The translations under genes and the position numbers were made by a program. From the NCBI RefSeq assembly GCF_030144855.1, contig NC_082710.1:171864001-171928000 (forward strand): 64,000 bases of DNA, in the 5' to 3' direction. Of this stretch, positions 37,530-49,625 are shown one piece after another. Source of the DNA: Hypanus sabinus (taxonomy: Eukaryota). Each line of letters opens with the position of its first letter. Within the stretch, counting starts at the first letter, position 1. Under the pieces are notes generated by a model, which saw only the letters and a list, made by a program, of their open reading frames with translations, was not told the origin of the DNA and did not search any database.

Positions 37530-40500
37530 ATTTTGCATCAGTATTTATTGGGGAAGACACTAGCAGTGTGCCAGATGCGGTAGGTTTCGAGTAAAGACTA
37601 GTGACTGCAGTTATTATGAAATGGGAGAAGGTGGACAAAAAGCTGAAAGATCCAAGCGTGCATGAATAACCCGGACCTGATGAACTGCACCCAAGACTTC
37701 AGAAAAAGGTAGAGGTAAATGTTGTGGAGGCATTAGTATAATTTTTCTGGAATCCTTGGTCTCTGGCATGATTCCGGATGACTGGCAATTTACAAATGTC
37801 ACTCCACTCTTCAGGAAAAGAGTAAGTCGGCAGAAAGGAATTTGTCGTTCAGTTAAGCTGACCTCAGAGGTTGGTAAGGTGATAAAGCCAATTGGTAAGG
37901 AAGAGGTTGCGGAGCACAACATAGGATAAAGTCAGCATGGTTTCCTTATAGGAAATTCATGCCTTATGAACCTGCCCGAAGTCTTTGAGGAGATTACAAG
38001 TAGGATAGATAAAGGGGATGCCATGGATATTGTATATTTGGGCTCAGGAGGCATTTGCCAAGGTGCCACACATGTGGCTGTTTGCAAAGTTAAGAGCCCC
38101 TGGTATTACTGGAAGGTTGCTGGCATGTTTAGAGAGTTAGCCGATTGGTAGGAGGCAGCGAGTGGGAATAAAAGGATCTTTTCTGGTGGGCTGCCAGTAT
38201 TTTGTGGAGTACCACAGTCGTCAGTTCTGGGACCTCTCCATTTTATGCTGTAATCAATGATTTAAATGATGAAATTGGTGGCGTTGTTGCTAGGTTTGCA
38301 GATGATTCGAATATTGGTATAGGGGCAGTGTTGCTAACTTGCGGGTAGAGTCAGTGGTGAGGAAGGCAAATGCAATGTTATCATTCATTTCAAGAAGTCC
38401 GGAATACAAGAGCAGGGATGTGATGCTGAGGCTTTATAAGGCATTTGTGAGGCCTCACCTTGAGTGCTGTGAACAGTTCTGGTCTTCTCGTCTAAGAAGA
38501 GAGGTGTTCGCATTGGACTATGTTCAGACAAATTCACAAGGATATTTCCGGAAATAGAAGGGTTATCCGAGGACTGTTTGATAGCTTTGGGTCCGTACTC
38601 CCTGGAATTTAGATGAATGAGGGTCATATCATTGAAACCATTCGATTATGATATGCTTAGACAGAGGAGATATGTAAAGAATGTTTCACATGGTGGGAGA
38701 GACTAGGACAAGAGGGCGCATTCTCAGGATAAAGGGACGTTCATTTAAAACAGATGCAGAGAAATTTCTTTAGCAATAGCATGGTAATTTGTGCAATTTA
38801 TTACTGGGGCAGCTGTGGAGGCCAAGTCGTTAGGTGCATTTAAGGCAGAGCTTGATAGGTTCTTGATTAGACACAGCGTCAAATGTTATGGGGAGAAGAC
38901 CGGTGAGTGGGACTCAGGACTGAAAAAAGACCAGCCATGATTGAATTGCGGAGTAGTCTCGATGAGCTAAATAGCATATTTCTACTTCCATGTCATATGA
39001 TCTTACGGTCTTAAGGTCTAGACCAGTTAGCCTGAACTCAACGGTTAGGAAGACATTAGATTCAATTGTTAAGACCATCAAACTTGAAGACCCGAAGACA
39101 TAGGAGCAGAATGAGGCCATTCATCCTATTGGGTCTGTTCCACCATTCTTTCATATCAGATCCCGGATCCCACTCACCACATATACCTGCCTTCATGCCA
39201 TATCCATTGGTTCCCTGACCATCCAGGAAAAGATCGAATTTCGTCACCTTAGATTTATGTACGACTTAGCTTCCACCACTGTCTGTGGCAGAGAATTCCA
39301 CAAGTTTACTTCTTTCTGGCTGAAAGAAATTCCTCCTTATCTCCGTTTTAAAGGCCTCTCCTCAGTTTTGAGGCTGTTGAAAAGACAGAACTGTAGATGT
39401 AGTGTTTATGGATTTCAGCAAGGCATTTGATAAGGTACCCCATGCAAGGCTTATTGAGAAAGTAAGGAGGAATGGGATCCAAGGGGACATTGCTTTGTGG
39501 ATCCGGAGCTGGCTTGGCCACAGAAGGCAAAGAGTGGTCGTAGATGGGTCATAGTCTGCATGGAGGTCGGTGACCAGTGGGATTTGTTCTGGGACCCTTA
39601 CTCATTGTGATTTTTATGAAAGACCTGAATTAGGAAGAGGAGGGATTGGTTAGTAAATTTGCTGATGACACAAATGTTGGGGATGTTGTGGATTGCATGG
39701 AGGGCTGTCAATGGTTATAGCGGAACATTGATAGGCTGTAAAAACTGGGCTGAGAAGTGGCAGATGGAGTTCCATCCAGATAAGTGTGAGGTGATTCGTT
39801 TTGTTAGGTCAAATATGATGGGAGAATACAACAAAAATTGTAAGAGTCTTAGAAGTGTGGAGGATCAGAGAGATCTTGTGGTCCGAGTCCATAGGACACT
39901 CAAAGCTGCTACGCAGGTTCACTCTGAGGTTAAGAAGGCGTATGGTTCATTGGCCTTCATCAACCGTTGGATTGAGATTAAGAGCCGAGAGGTAATGTTG
40001 CAGCTATATAGGACCCTGGTCAGACCCCACTTGGAATACTGCACTCAATTCTGGTCGCCTCAGTGTAGGAAGGACGTGGAAACTATTAAAAGGGTGCAGA
40101 GGAGATTTACAAGGATGTTGCCTGAATTGGGGAGCATGTCTTATGAGAATAGATTGAATGAACCCGGCCTCTCTTCCTTGGAACGCCAGAGGATGAGAGG
40201 TGACCTGATAGAGGTGTATAAGATATGAGAGGCATTGATCGTGCGGATAGTCATTTTCCCAGGGCCGAAAGGGAGGACATAGTTTTATGGGGCTTGGAGG
40301 TTATAAGGTACAGAGATAAGTCTTTTACACAGCGAGTAGTGAGTGCGTTGAATGGGCTGCCGAGTGGCGGCGGTGGAGGAGGAAACGATAGAGTCTTTAA
40401 AGGTACATTCTGGATAAGTGCCTAGAGCTTAGTAAAATAGAAGGCTGTGGGTACACCTAGGTAGTTCTAAGGTAAGTATATGTTCGGCACAGCTTTGTTG

Positions 40501-41885
40501 GATGAAGGGCCTGTATTGTGCTGTTGGTTTTCTATGTTCTGTGTTCTGTTGGGAAGGCTTCAATGAGATACCGTGGCGTTCTTCGAAATTGCAGTGAGAA
40601 CAGGCCCAAAGCTGCCAATTGCTCACTATAAGTTAACCCCTTCATTCGCAGAATCATCCTGACGACCTCCTCTGAACTCTCTCCAATGACAACACATCCT
40701 TTATGAGATATGGTGCCCAGAAGCGTTGGCAATACTCAAAGTGTGGCCTGACTAGTGTCTTATAAAGAGCCAACATTACCGCCTTGCTTTTATGTTCTAT
40801 TCTCCTTGATATAAATACCAATTTTGCATTTCCATCTTACCACAGGCTCGGCCTGTAAATTAATGTTTTGGGAGTCTTGCACGCGGAATCCCAAGTCCCT
40901 TTGCACCTCTGCTGTTTGAACATTTCCCCATTTCAATAATAGCCCGCACCACTGTTCATTTTACCAAAATGGATTATCATACATTTCCCAACACTGTATT
41001 CCATTTGCGAGTTTCTTCCCATTCTTCCAAACTGTCTAAGTTCAGCTGCAATCGCATTGCCTCCTTAGCACCACCTATATTTGTATCATCCACAAACTTT
41101 GCCACAAAGCCAGCAATTCCGTAACGTAAATAATTGACAAACAATGTGAAAAGTAGCGGTCCTAATACTGAACTCTGAGGAACAGCACCAGTCACTGCAG
41201 CCAAGCAGAGAAGGCCCCACTCGCTGCCTGCAACCTCTCAACCATTCCGCTGTTCATGCCAGTATCTTTCCCGTAACGCCAGAAGATTTTATTTTGTTAA
41301 CGATGACATTATGGAATACTTGGTTACACAGGACAAGATAAGACAGCATGGTTTTCTTAAGGTAAGATCTTGCCTGAAGAACATTTGGAATTGTTTGAGT
41401 AGATTACACCTTGGCTATATAAAGGGAATGCAGTTGATTTGTATATTTGGCATTTCAGTAGGTCTTTGAGAAGTTGCCATACATGGAGTTGCTTATCAAG
41501 TTAGGAGCCCTTGGTTTTAGAGGAAAGTTACTGGCATGGTCAAAACATTGGCTGATTGGTAAGACGCAGCGAGTAAGCATAAAATGATCATTTTCTGGTT
41601 GGCTGCCAGTGACTATGGTATTTCTCATGGGTCACTACTGGGACCGCTTCTCTTCATGCTGTATATCAATGATTTAGATGATGGAATTGTTGGTTTTGTA
41701 GCCAAATTTGCAGATGACTGCTGATGATTCGTGGAGGGCAAGTAGTACTGAAAGAACATGCAGAAGAGCTTAGATGAATTCGGGAAACGGGCGAAAATGG
41801 CATGTTAAAGGCAATGTTGTAAATTCGAATGGCGGAGAATTCTCGATGAGCCAAATTTGTTTCCATGTCTTATGGTCTTAGGGAC
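37530..41885. mobile_element. Stack of CR1 fragments in both orientations
   Basis: ORFs 37966..38557, 39659..40228 and 40977..41204. Confidence 0.88.
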
Positions 41886-42098
41886 AGATTGGAATAACTC
41901 ACCAGTAAATGTTCACTTGATTATAGCAATTGCAAATTTAATTAGTTTTCATTATTTTGTCAGCGTGTACTTCACCTTCAATATGTCAAAGACATTCCGA
42001 ACTTCTGTGTCTAAATTTGTATCGAGGTACACTTTATTGCAGAAGCTGAGAAATGTGCATCGAACGTCGAATATAAATTCAAAATAATACCCACTTAC

Positions 42099-42455
42099 TT
42101 GTGACTTGAACTTCTGTCCCTTTTCCAAGATGATTTCCTTCGCCAAAAATTTCTACTTTGCAGTAATACTTTCCTGTATCATTCATTCTGACGTTGAAGA
42201 TCTGTAAATGTTGGCTTAGAATACCCTTTGAACTGTTAGGTCTTACGCGACCCTGAAACTCGCCGGACTTGTTGTAAACCGTATGGTTTTCCTTGTCTTT
42301 GTACCAAGTAATGGCTCCGACCAACTTCTTTGCATCGTTTGTTTTACTGATGTAAGTACAATTCAGCTGCACCGTTTCCCCTTCAGTAACCGTGATCTGC
42401 ACTGGCGATTGTTCGATTATTCCGCTTGTTGTTGTAGCCGGAAATAATCTCATAC
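42099..42455 (-). CDS. ncr3: Ig V-set (VJ-type) exon, 357 nt, phase 1-1, NKp30-like
   Basis: Lies in ORF 42079..42477. Has B-strand Cys (LNC), C-strand Trp (ITWY), DTGKYYC and a J-like GKGT motif. Acceptor tttccggttacag|, donor ACAA|gtaagt. Five N-x-S/T sequons. Confidence 0.93.
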
Positions 42456-43468
42456 CTGTAACCGGAAATAATTTCATTGCCTCGTATCTTCGTTTCGGTC
42501 CAACATGTCAAAGCCACTAGCTTTACATAGTTACGCTGATCTCATTTACCCGCATTTTATCTATAGACTTCTCTACTGTGGCGATTCAAATATTTGATGC
42601 TTTCTAAATACCACGAGGGTACCTGTTTTCACCACCTCGTCAGGCAGTACATTTCAGTTTTTAACCATCTTCTGACTGAAAGGAATCCCTATAGATTCTC
42701 GAACTTTCCATATCTCATAGTAAAATTATGTCATTGTTTCTCATACACACCTGTAATGGAATAAAGATTGTGGACATCTACCAATCTTCGCCTTCTAAAG
42801 TAATCAGCTGCATCTGCATCCTGTCAGATCAATCACATCATTCCCATAGTGTCGAGGCTAAAACCGCTGATGATAACCCAAATGAGGCCTACCCAATGTT
42901 TGATGAAGCTAGAGCCTAACGTCCCACTTGTTATAAATAATGACAGGGCAATGAAGGCAAACACTCGAAAACACTCCACCTTATCCACCGGTGCCGTCAC
43001 TCTGACGATTTTATGGACTTATACCACAGCATCTCAGCTCACCGATGCTCTGCAGAGGCCTCCTATATATTGTGTGTGTTCTACTCTTGTTTGCTTTGTG
43101 TTCTACTCTTGTAAACTTTCCCTCGTCACTGAACATCAGAAAATTGATACGTTACATTTTCATTGAATCAAATATAGAAGATTTTTTTAAAATCTGTATC
43201 CTGCAAGTGAGAGATGCGTATTTACAATCTAAGTAACCTCTATAGTATTTTGTTAAGTCACTAAAGTTATCCCAGAACTTTTATATAATTGATGCTTACG
43301 TAGGAATATGAACCTTCAGTCAGGGAAGTACAAAGTTCAAAATCCACCGATCCATCCCTAGATTCACATTAGTCAGGACCTGATTATATTATAAAGGGAC
43401 ATCCGTTTAGAAAAAAGATGAGGAGGAATTTCTTCAACCACAGTGTTTTGAACATATGAAATGCGTTG

Positions 43469-44322
43469 CGTTACGTACACGTGACACGTGACAGTGGTGT
43501 ACTTGTCACGTGACAGGTGTTGAAGCTATACTGGACTTGAGGTAATGGTCTCGTGATGGTGGAGTGATGTCATTTTCCTGCCAGTGGAGGTCATGTGACT
43601 GGTTTTTTTTCACAGTGTATAAAAGGAGGACCCCTCCCTGTGAGGAGGGGCAGTTCGTGGCTGGATTTGCCATGTTGACTTCATGCCACTGCGTGATTTA
43701 ATGTTATGACGCAGTTTAGTTGAAAGATGGAGTTTTATTTAATGCCTAAAGTTTAAAAGGTCATTGCCAGCAGTTTCATTATAATACTGCTAGTTGAGAA
43801 TCAGTGGAAAGTGAAGATCGGAGTTCGGGAGTTAAAAGATCGAGGAAAATCGATTTCGACGGTGAAACAGGTTCGACCTTGTTTGCTACTCATTCGGAAG
43901 GAATTTGTTGACTGTGCTCGTGTTAATCCGTGTGAAATAGCAGAAAGGATTGGGAACAGTTTTGTAAAGGAAAGGTCAGTGCCTTTAAGCCATTTCATTT
44001 TTCATCTTCGTAAATTCTTCGTGGGAAAAGTAGTTCGACTGGGAACCGCAACAACACGACGTGAAAGGGAATTTAAACCGCCTTAAAAAGTCTCTCCCTT
44101 AAATGGACTGTAAGCATTTTGAACTTTTGCAATACTACTTTGAAGAACTGTTTTTGCAACATCGCTTCAAGAACTGTTTAAGCTGCAGCACAGCAGCTGA
44201 CTTCCGGTTACGTTAGTGATTTGTTTACTTTTGGGGTTTGTTTTTCAGTGTTTAATAAATGTTTTATTTGTTATAAAAACCCCTGCCTCACTCATATATT
44301 TATTGTTGCTGAATCCGTAACA
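43469..44322 (+). mobile_element. Solo LTR, 854 bp, 4-bp TSD GTTG, inserted in a CR1 3' fragment; related to the other two solo LTRs
   Basis: CGTTAC...GTAACA termini, GTTG on both flanks, TATAAAA at 43618, AATAAA at 44254, shared internal blocks (tggagttttat, gtttaataaatgttt). Confidence 0.9.
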
Positions 44323-46837
44323 GTTGTCACAGGCGACCGTGGAGTTTAATAAGTTCTTGATTAGTCAGGATATGAAAGGTTATTGGGAAAAAAGTTAGAA
44401 GAATAGATTTGAGAGAGAAATGGATTAGGCATGATTAAAGCGAACCGAACTTACAAGGCCAAATGGCCTAATTCTGCGCCCATGTCTAATGGTCTTATGG
44501 TCTTAAATCACAGAGAAGGCTTGGGGCATTGTTTCGCTTTTGTATTAGCTTGGACACTCGGTACCGCACTTTCTTTGTATTAGGTAGAGCACTGGAACGT
44601 CTAATTTTAGAACTTTTGAAAGTCTCGGCTCCTAAAATAGTAGAATGAGGACAGATTAAACAGAATGTTATTCTCTTTATTGTTTGAACAAATGACCGGT
44701 GATCTAGTTGATACACACGAAGATAATGCGACGCTTAGCAAGCTAAATGGTAGATTAATATTCCCTGCTTAGAAGTAGAGAATGAAGTTTCGCGGTCTTA
44801 AAAGAGACTACTACTCGTTCGGGGGAGAAATAGGAAGGAGTATCATCTCCCCTGGGCTGGAAAATCTCTGAAATTCTCTAGCCGAGGTTTTCAAGGAGCT
44901 TCACTTACTGAACATATTTATAGAAGACAACGATACATGTTTAGATATTAAGATAATTTACTGATTCAGTGCACAGAGGTGGCATTGAGGCAATGTTTTT
45001 TTTTGCCGGGGAAAGCCTCCAACATCACAAAATGTCAAATGCGCACTTCTGCCAAAATGCGATCTAATTGCCGCGATGGAACGAATGGGCTGATTTTTTT
45101 TTTGTAATGTCGTTGCGTTTTCATTCTCGGGTGTCCTCATTAAATACATAACAGTCATGCCACAGTGACCCAGCCCTAACTTTTGCTCATGTCGCTTCAC
45201 TGGATGTCCCTACCAAGATGTTCTCTCTAATTGTAGATGTTGTAGTACTGGACCGCAATAGAGTATGTATAAGGGATGGCTTTTTAGAAAAGCTTGTTCA
45301 TGGGATGTGCTGGATTGGGTGTTGTGCAATACTTCGGAGGTGATATGAGAGCTTAAGGTTGAGGAATAAGCCAGCGCTTATACATTCCTTATACATTCTA
45401 CAAATTATCTCTATTGAGGTCCAGGACGACAACATCTACAATTAGAGAGATCATCTTGGTAGGGGTATCCTGTGAGGCGACATGGGCAAAAGTTAGGGCT
45501 GGATCACGGTGGCATGGCTGTTATGTATTTAATTAGGACAGCCTAGAATGAAAATGCAACGACATAACAAAAAGAATATGATCGAGTTCACATTGAAATT
45601 TAAGAGAGAGAAAAAGATAAAATCTCATGTGCCCGTATTTCACTGGAATAAAGGAAATTACAATGGCATGAGAGGGGAACTGACCGAAATTGACTGGAAA
45701 GGGATATTTGCAGGAAGGACAGCAGAGCAGCAATGGCTGGAGTGTCTGCGAAAAATGAGGGAAGTTCAAGGCAGATATATTCCAAAGGTGAAGACATTTT
45801 CACCGGGAAGTAGGACACTACCGTGGCTGAAAAGTGAAGTCAGAGCCAAAGTAAAAGCAAAAGAAGAGGGCATACAAGGAAGCCAAAGCTAGTGGGAAGA
45901 TAGAGGATTGGGGAGCTTTTAAAAACTTGCAGAAGGAAACTAAGAAAGTCATTCGGAAGGAAAAGATGAATTATGAGAAAGAGCTGGCGACATATCACAA
46001 AGATTCTAAAAGATTTTTTAAGAATATAAAGCGTAAATATGAGTCGAGAGCAGATATAGGACCAATACAAAATGACGCTGGAGATATTGTGATGAGAGAT
46101 GCAGAGATGGCAAAGGAACTCAATACGTATTTTGCATCAGTTTCTACAGTGGAAGACGTCCGCAGTATACCGGATATTCAAGAGTGTCAGGAAAGTGAAG
46201 TTTGTGCAGTGAAAATTATGACTGAGAAGGTGCTCAGGAAGCTTAATGATCTGAGGATGGATTAATCTCCTGGATCTGATAGAATGCACCCTCGGATTCT
46301 GAAGGAAGCATCTGTAGAAATTGTGGAGACATCAACGATGATCTTTCAAGCATCGATAGATTCTGGCATTGTACCAGATGATCGGAAAATTGCAAATGTT
46401 GCTTCACTATTTAAGAAGGGTGGGAAGCAGCTGAAAGGAAACTATGGACCTGTTAGCCTGACATCAGTCGTTGGGAAGTTGTTGGAATCGATTGTTAGGG
46501 ATGAGATTACGGAGCACCTGGAGGCACATGACAAGATAGGCCAAAGCCAGCATGGTTTCCTGAAAGGACAATCCTGCCTGAGAAACCTACTGCAATACAT
46601 TGAGGAAATTACAAGCAGGGTAGACAAGAGTGAGTGGGAATAAAGGGATCCTATTCTGACTGGCTTGCTGGTTACCAATGGAGTTCCCCAGGGGTCAGTG
46701 TTGCAACCGTTACATTTTACGATGTATGTCAATGATTTGGACTACCGTACTAATCGATTTGTGGCTAAATTTGACGATGATACAAAGATAGGTGGAGGAG
46801 CGGTTAGTGCTGAGGAAACAGGCAACCTGCAGAGAGA

Positions 46838-48397
46838 GCAAACACGAGGAAATCTGCAGATGCTGGAAATTCAAATAACATGCACAAAATGCTGGTGGAA
46901 CACAGCAGGCCAGGCAGCATCTATCGGAAGCAGCACTGTCGACGTTTCGGGCCGAGACCCTTCGTCAGGGCTAACTGAAAGGAAAGATAGCAAGAGATTT
47001 GAAAGTAGTGGGGGGAGCGGGATATGCGAACTGATAGGAGAAGACCGGAGGGGTGGGATGAAGCTAAGAGCTGGAAAGGTGATTGGCGAAAGTGATACAG
47101 AGCTGGATAATGGAAAGAATCATTGGACAGGAGGCTTCGGTCTCCCTACTCCACCACACTCTGGATACTGTTCCCCTTGTCCTCACCTACCACCCCACCA
47201 GCCTCCAGGTCCAACGTATAACTCTCCATAACTATATCCATATAACTATATAACAATCACAGCAGGGAAACAGGCCATCTCGGCCCTCCTAGTCTGTGCC
47301 GAACTCTTAATCTCACCTAGTCCCACCTACTCGCACTCAGCCCATAACCCTCCACTCCTTCCCTGTCCATATACCTATCCAATTTTACCTTAAATGACAC
47401 AACTGAACTGGCCTCTACTACTTCTACAGGAAGCTCATTCCACACATTCAAACTTCCGCCACCTCCAACGGGATCCCACTACCAAGCACATCTTTGCCTC
47501 CCCTCCTCTTTCTGCTTTCCACAGGGATCGGTCCCTCCGCGACTCCCTTGTCCACTTGTCCCCACCATCCCTTCCATCCGATCTGCTCCTGCCACATCGT
47601 TGTAAGCGGAACATGTGCTACACCTGCCCTTACACTTCCTCCCTCACCACCATTTAGGGCCCCAGGCAGTCCTTACAGGTGAGGCGACACTTCACCTGTG
47701 AGTCAGCTCGTGTGGTATACTGCGTCCGGTGCTCCCGGTGTGGCCTTTTAAATATTGGTGAGACCCAGCACAGACTGGGAAACCGTTACTCTGAACACCT
47801 ACGCTCGGTCCGCCAGAGAAAGCAGGATCTCACAGTGGCCACACATTTTAATTCCCATTCCCATTCCCATTCTGATATGTCTGTCCATGGCCTCCTCTAC
47901 TGTCAAGATGAAGCCACAGTCAGGTTAGAGGAACAACATCTTATATAAGGGCTGGGTAGTCTCCAAACTAATGGCATAAACATTGACTTCTCTAACTTCC
48001 GTTAATACCCCTCCTCCCCTTCTTACCCCATCCCTGACAATATTTAGTTATTTGTTTTTTTCTCTCTCTCTCTGCCCATCACTCTGCCCGTTCTCCATCT
48101 CCCTCTGGTGTCCCTCCCCCTTTCTTTCTCCCGAGTCCTCCTGTCCCATTATCCTTTACCTTTTCCTGCTCTGTATCACTTTCGCCAATTACGTTTCCAG
48201 CTCTTAGCTTTATCCCACCCCCTCCGGTCTTCTCCTATCATTTCGCATTTCCCCTCCCCCCACTACTTTCAAATCTCTTACTACCTTTCCTTTCAGTTAG
48301 TCCTGTCGAAGGGTCTCGGCCCGAAACGTCGACAGTGCTTCTCCCTATAGATGCTGCCTGACCTGCTGTGTTCCACCAGCATTTTGTGTGTGTTGTT
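46838..48397 (+). mobile_element. Penelope-like element with an inverted tail arm (46838-47135), a sense body (47136-48397) holding a small CR1 tail insert (~47228-47443), and a 15-bp TSD
   Basis: TSD CAAC(C/T)TGCAGAGAGA at 46823-46837 and 48398-48412. GIY-YIG ORF 47679..47948. Confidence 0.9.
46938..46971 (-). ncRNA. Minimal hammerhead motif with intact core and helix II, sense to the receptor pre-mRNA
   Basis: GCC-CUGACGA-A-GGG-UCUCGG-CCC-GAAA-C-GUC^GAC; one helix I mismatch. Confidence 0.62.
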
Positions 48398-49625
48398 CAA
48401 CTTGCAGAGAGACTTAGATAATTTAGGGGAATGGGCAAGGAAGTGTCAAATGAAATATAATGTTGGAAAGTGCATGGTCATGCACTTTGGTGGAAGAAAT
48501 AAACGGGCAGACTATTATTTAGATGGGGAAAGAATTCAAAATGCAGAGATGTAAACAGACTTGGGAGTCCTTGTGCAAGATACCTTAAAGTTTAACCTCT
48601 ACGTTGATTCGGTTGTGAAAGTTGAGACTATATAAGACGTTCTTGAGACCACAGTTGAAGCATTGTGTGCAGTTTTGGGCTCCTTCTTTTAAAAAGGATA
48701 CACTGACAATGGAGAGGCTTCAGAGAAAATTGACAAGAATGATTCCAGGAATGAAAGAATTACCATATGAGGAAAGTCTGGGAGCTCTTGGGCTGTATTC
48801 CTGGAGTTCAGGACCATGAGGGGGGATTTCATAGCAACATTCCAATTGCTAAAAAGCGTGAACAGGCAAAATATGATATGGCAAAATTATTTCCCATGGT
48901 AAGGTATTCTAGGACCAACAGGGCCCGACTTCAGGATTGATGGATGTCCATTTAGAACTGAGATGCGGAAAAATTACTTTAGTCAGATGGTGGTAAATCT
49001 GTGGAATTTGTTGCCACGAGTGGCTGTGGAGGCCGTCATTGGGTGTATTTAAGGCAGAGATAGATAGGTTCTTGATTAGCCAGGGCATTAAAGGGTATGG
49101 GATGAAAGCAGGGGAGTGGGGGTGACTGGATGAAGTGGATCAGCCCACAACTGAATGGCGGAGCAGAATCGATGGGCCGAATGGCCTACTTCTGCTCCTA
49201 TATCTTATGGTATTCTGGTTTTATGCTTAGTAATGCGCAATTAATAATGCGGTTCCATCTACTCTTTTGCACCCCTTTCTGTACCTTCTGGAACATTAAA
49301 GCACAAAACGTTGGTTTTCTTTTCCTGCCCGCAAGGCAATGAATCTCAGATTAGTATATAGTGATATATATGTACTCTGATAATAAATTTTACTTTGAAT
49401 TTGCCATGCCCTCAATAAAGGGCTGAATTGTTTTACTAAGGAAGAATGAATGAGCACGAGCAATTATGCCTTAGATTAGTGATAATCTAAGTGATTGTCA
49501 AAATTACCTTGAGGAGATAACTAACCCTTTAATGTTCCCAATATTTTATCCCCTCTCTCATTCTCTGTTTCTCACTTTGCTCTGCTGTATGCCTCTGTAT
49601 GAACGTCCCCGTTTTCAGCACTTAC

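Larger units (their letters stand above)
45290..49220 (+). mobile_element. CR1 ORF2 copy split by a Penelope insertion
   Basis: ORFs 45548..46643, 46665.. and 48351..48819; the RT reading continues across the TSD. Confidence 0.9.

Noticed and set aside
42060-42130. Rearranging TCR/Ig V segment
   Set aside because: The J-like strand is already joined, a splice donor follows directly, and no CACAGTG heptamer is visible.
42456-42477. ATG at 42477 as the start codon of the Ig protein
   Set aside because: It lies upstream of the acceptor, gives no hydrophobic signal peptide, and a proper leader exon exists at 49626-49668.
42739-42766. Second acceptor-like motif (ttccattacag|gtgtgtatgag) resembling the V-exon acceptor
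   Set aside because: Hits a stop after six codons in the required phase; may be chance similarity.
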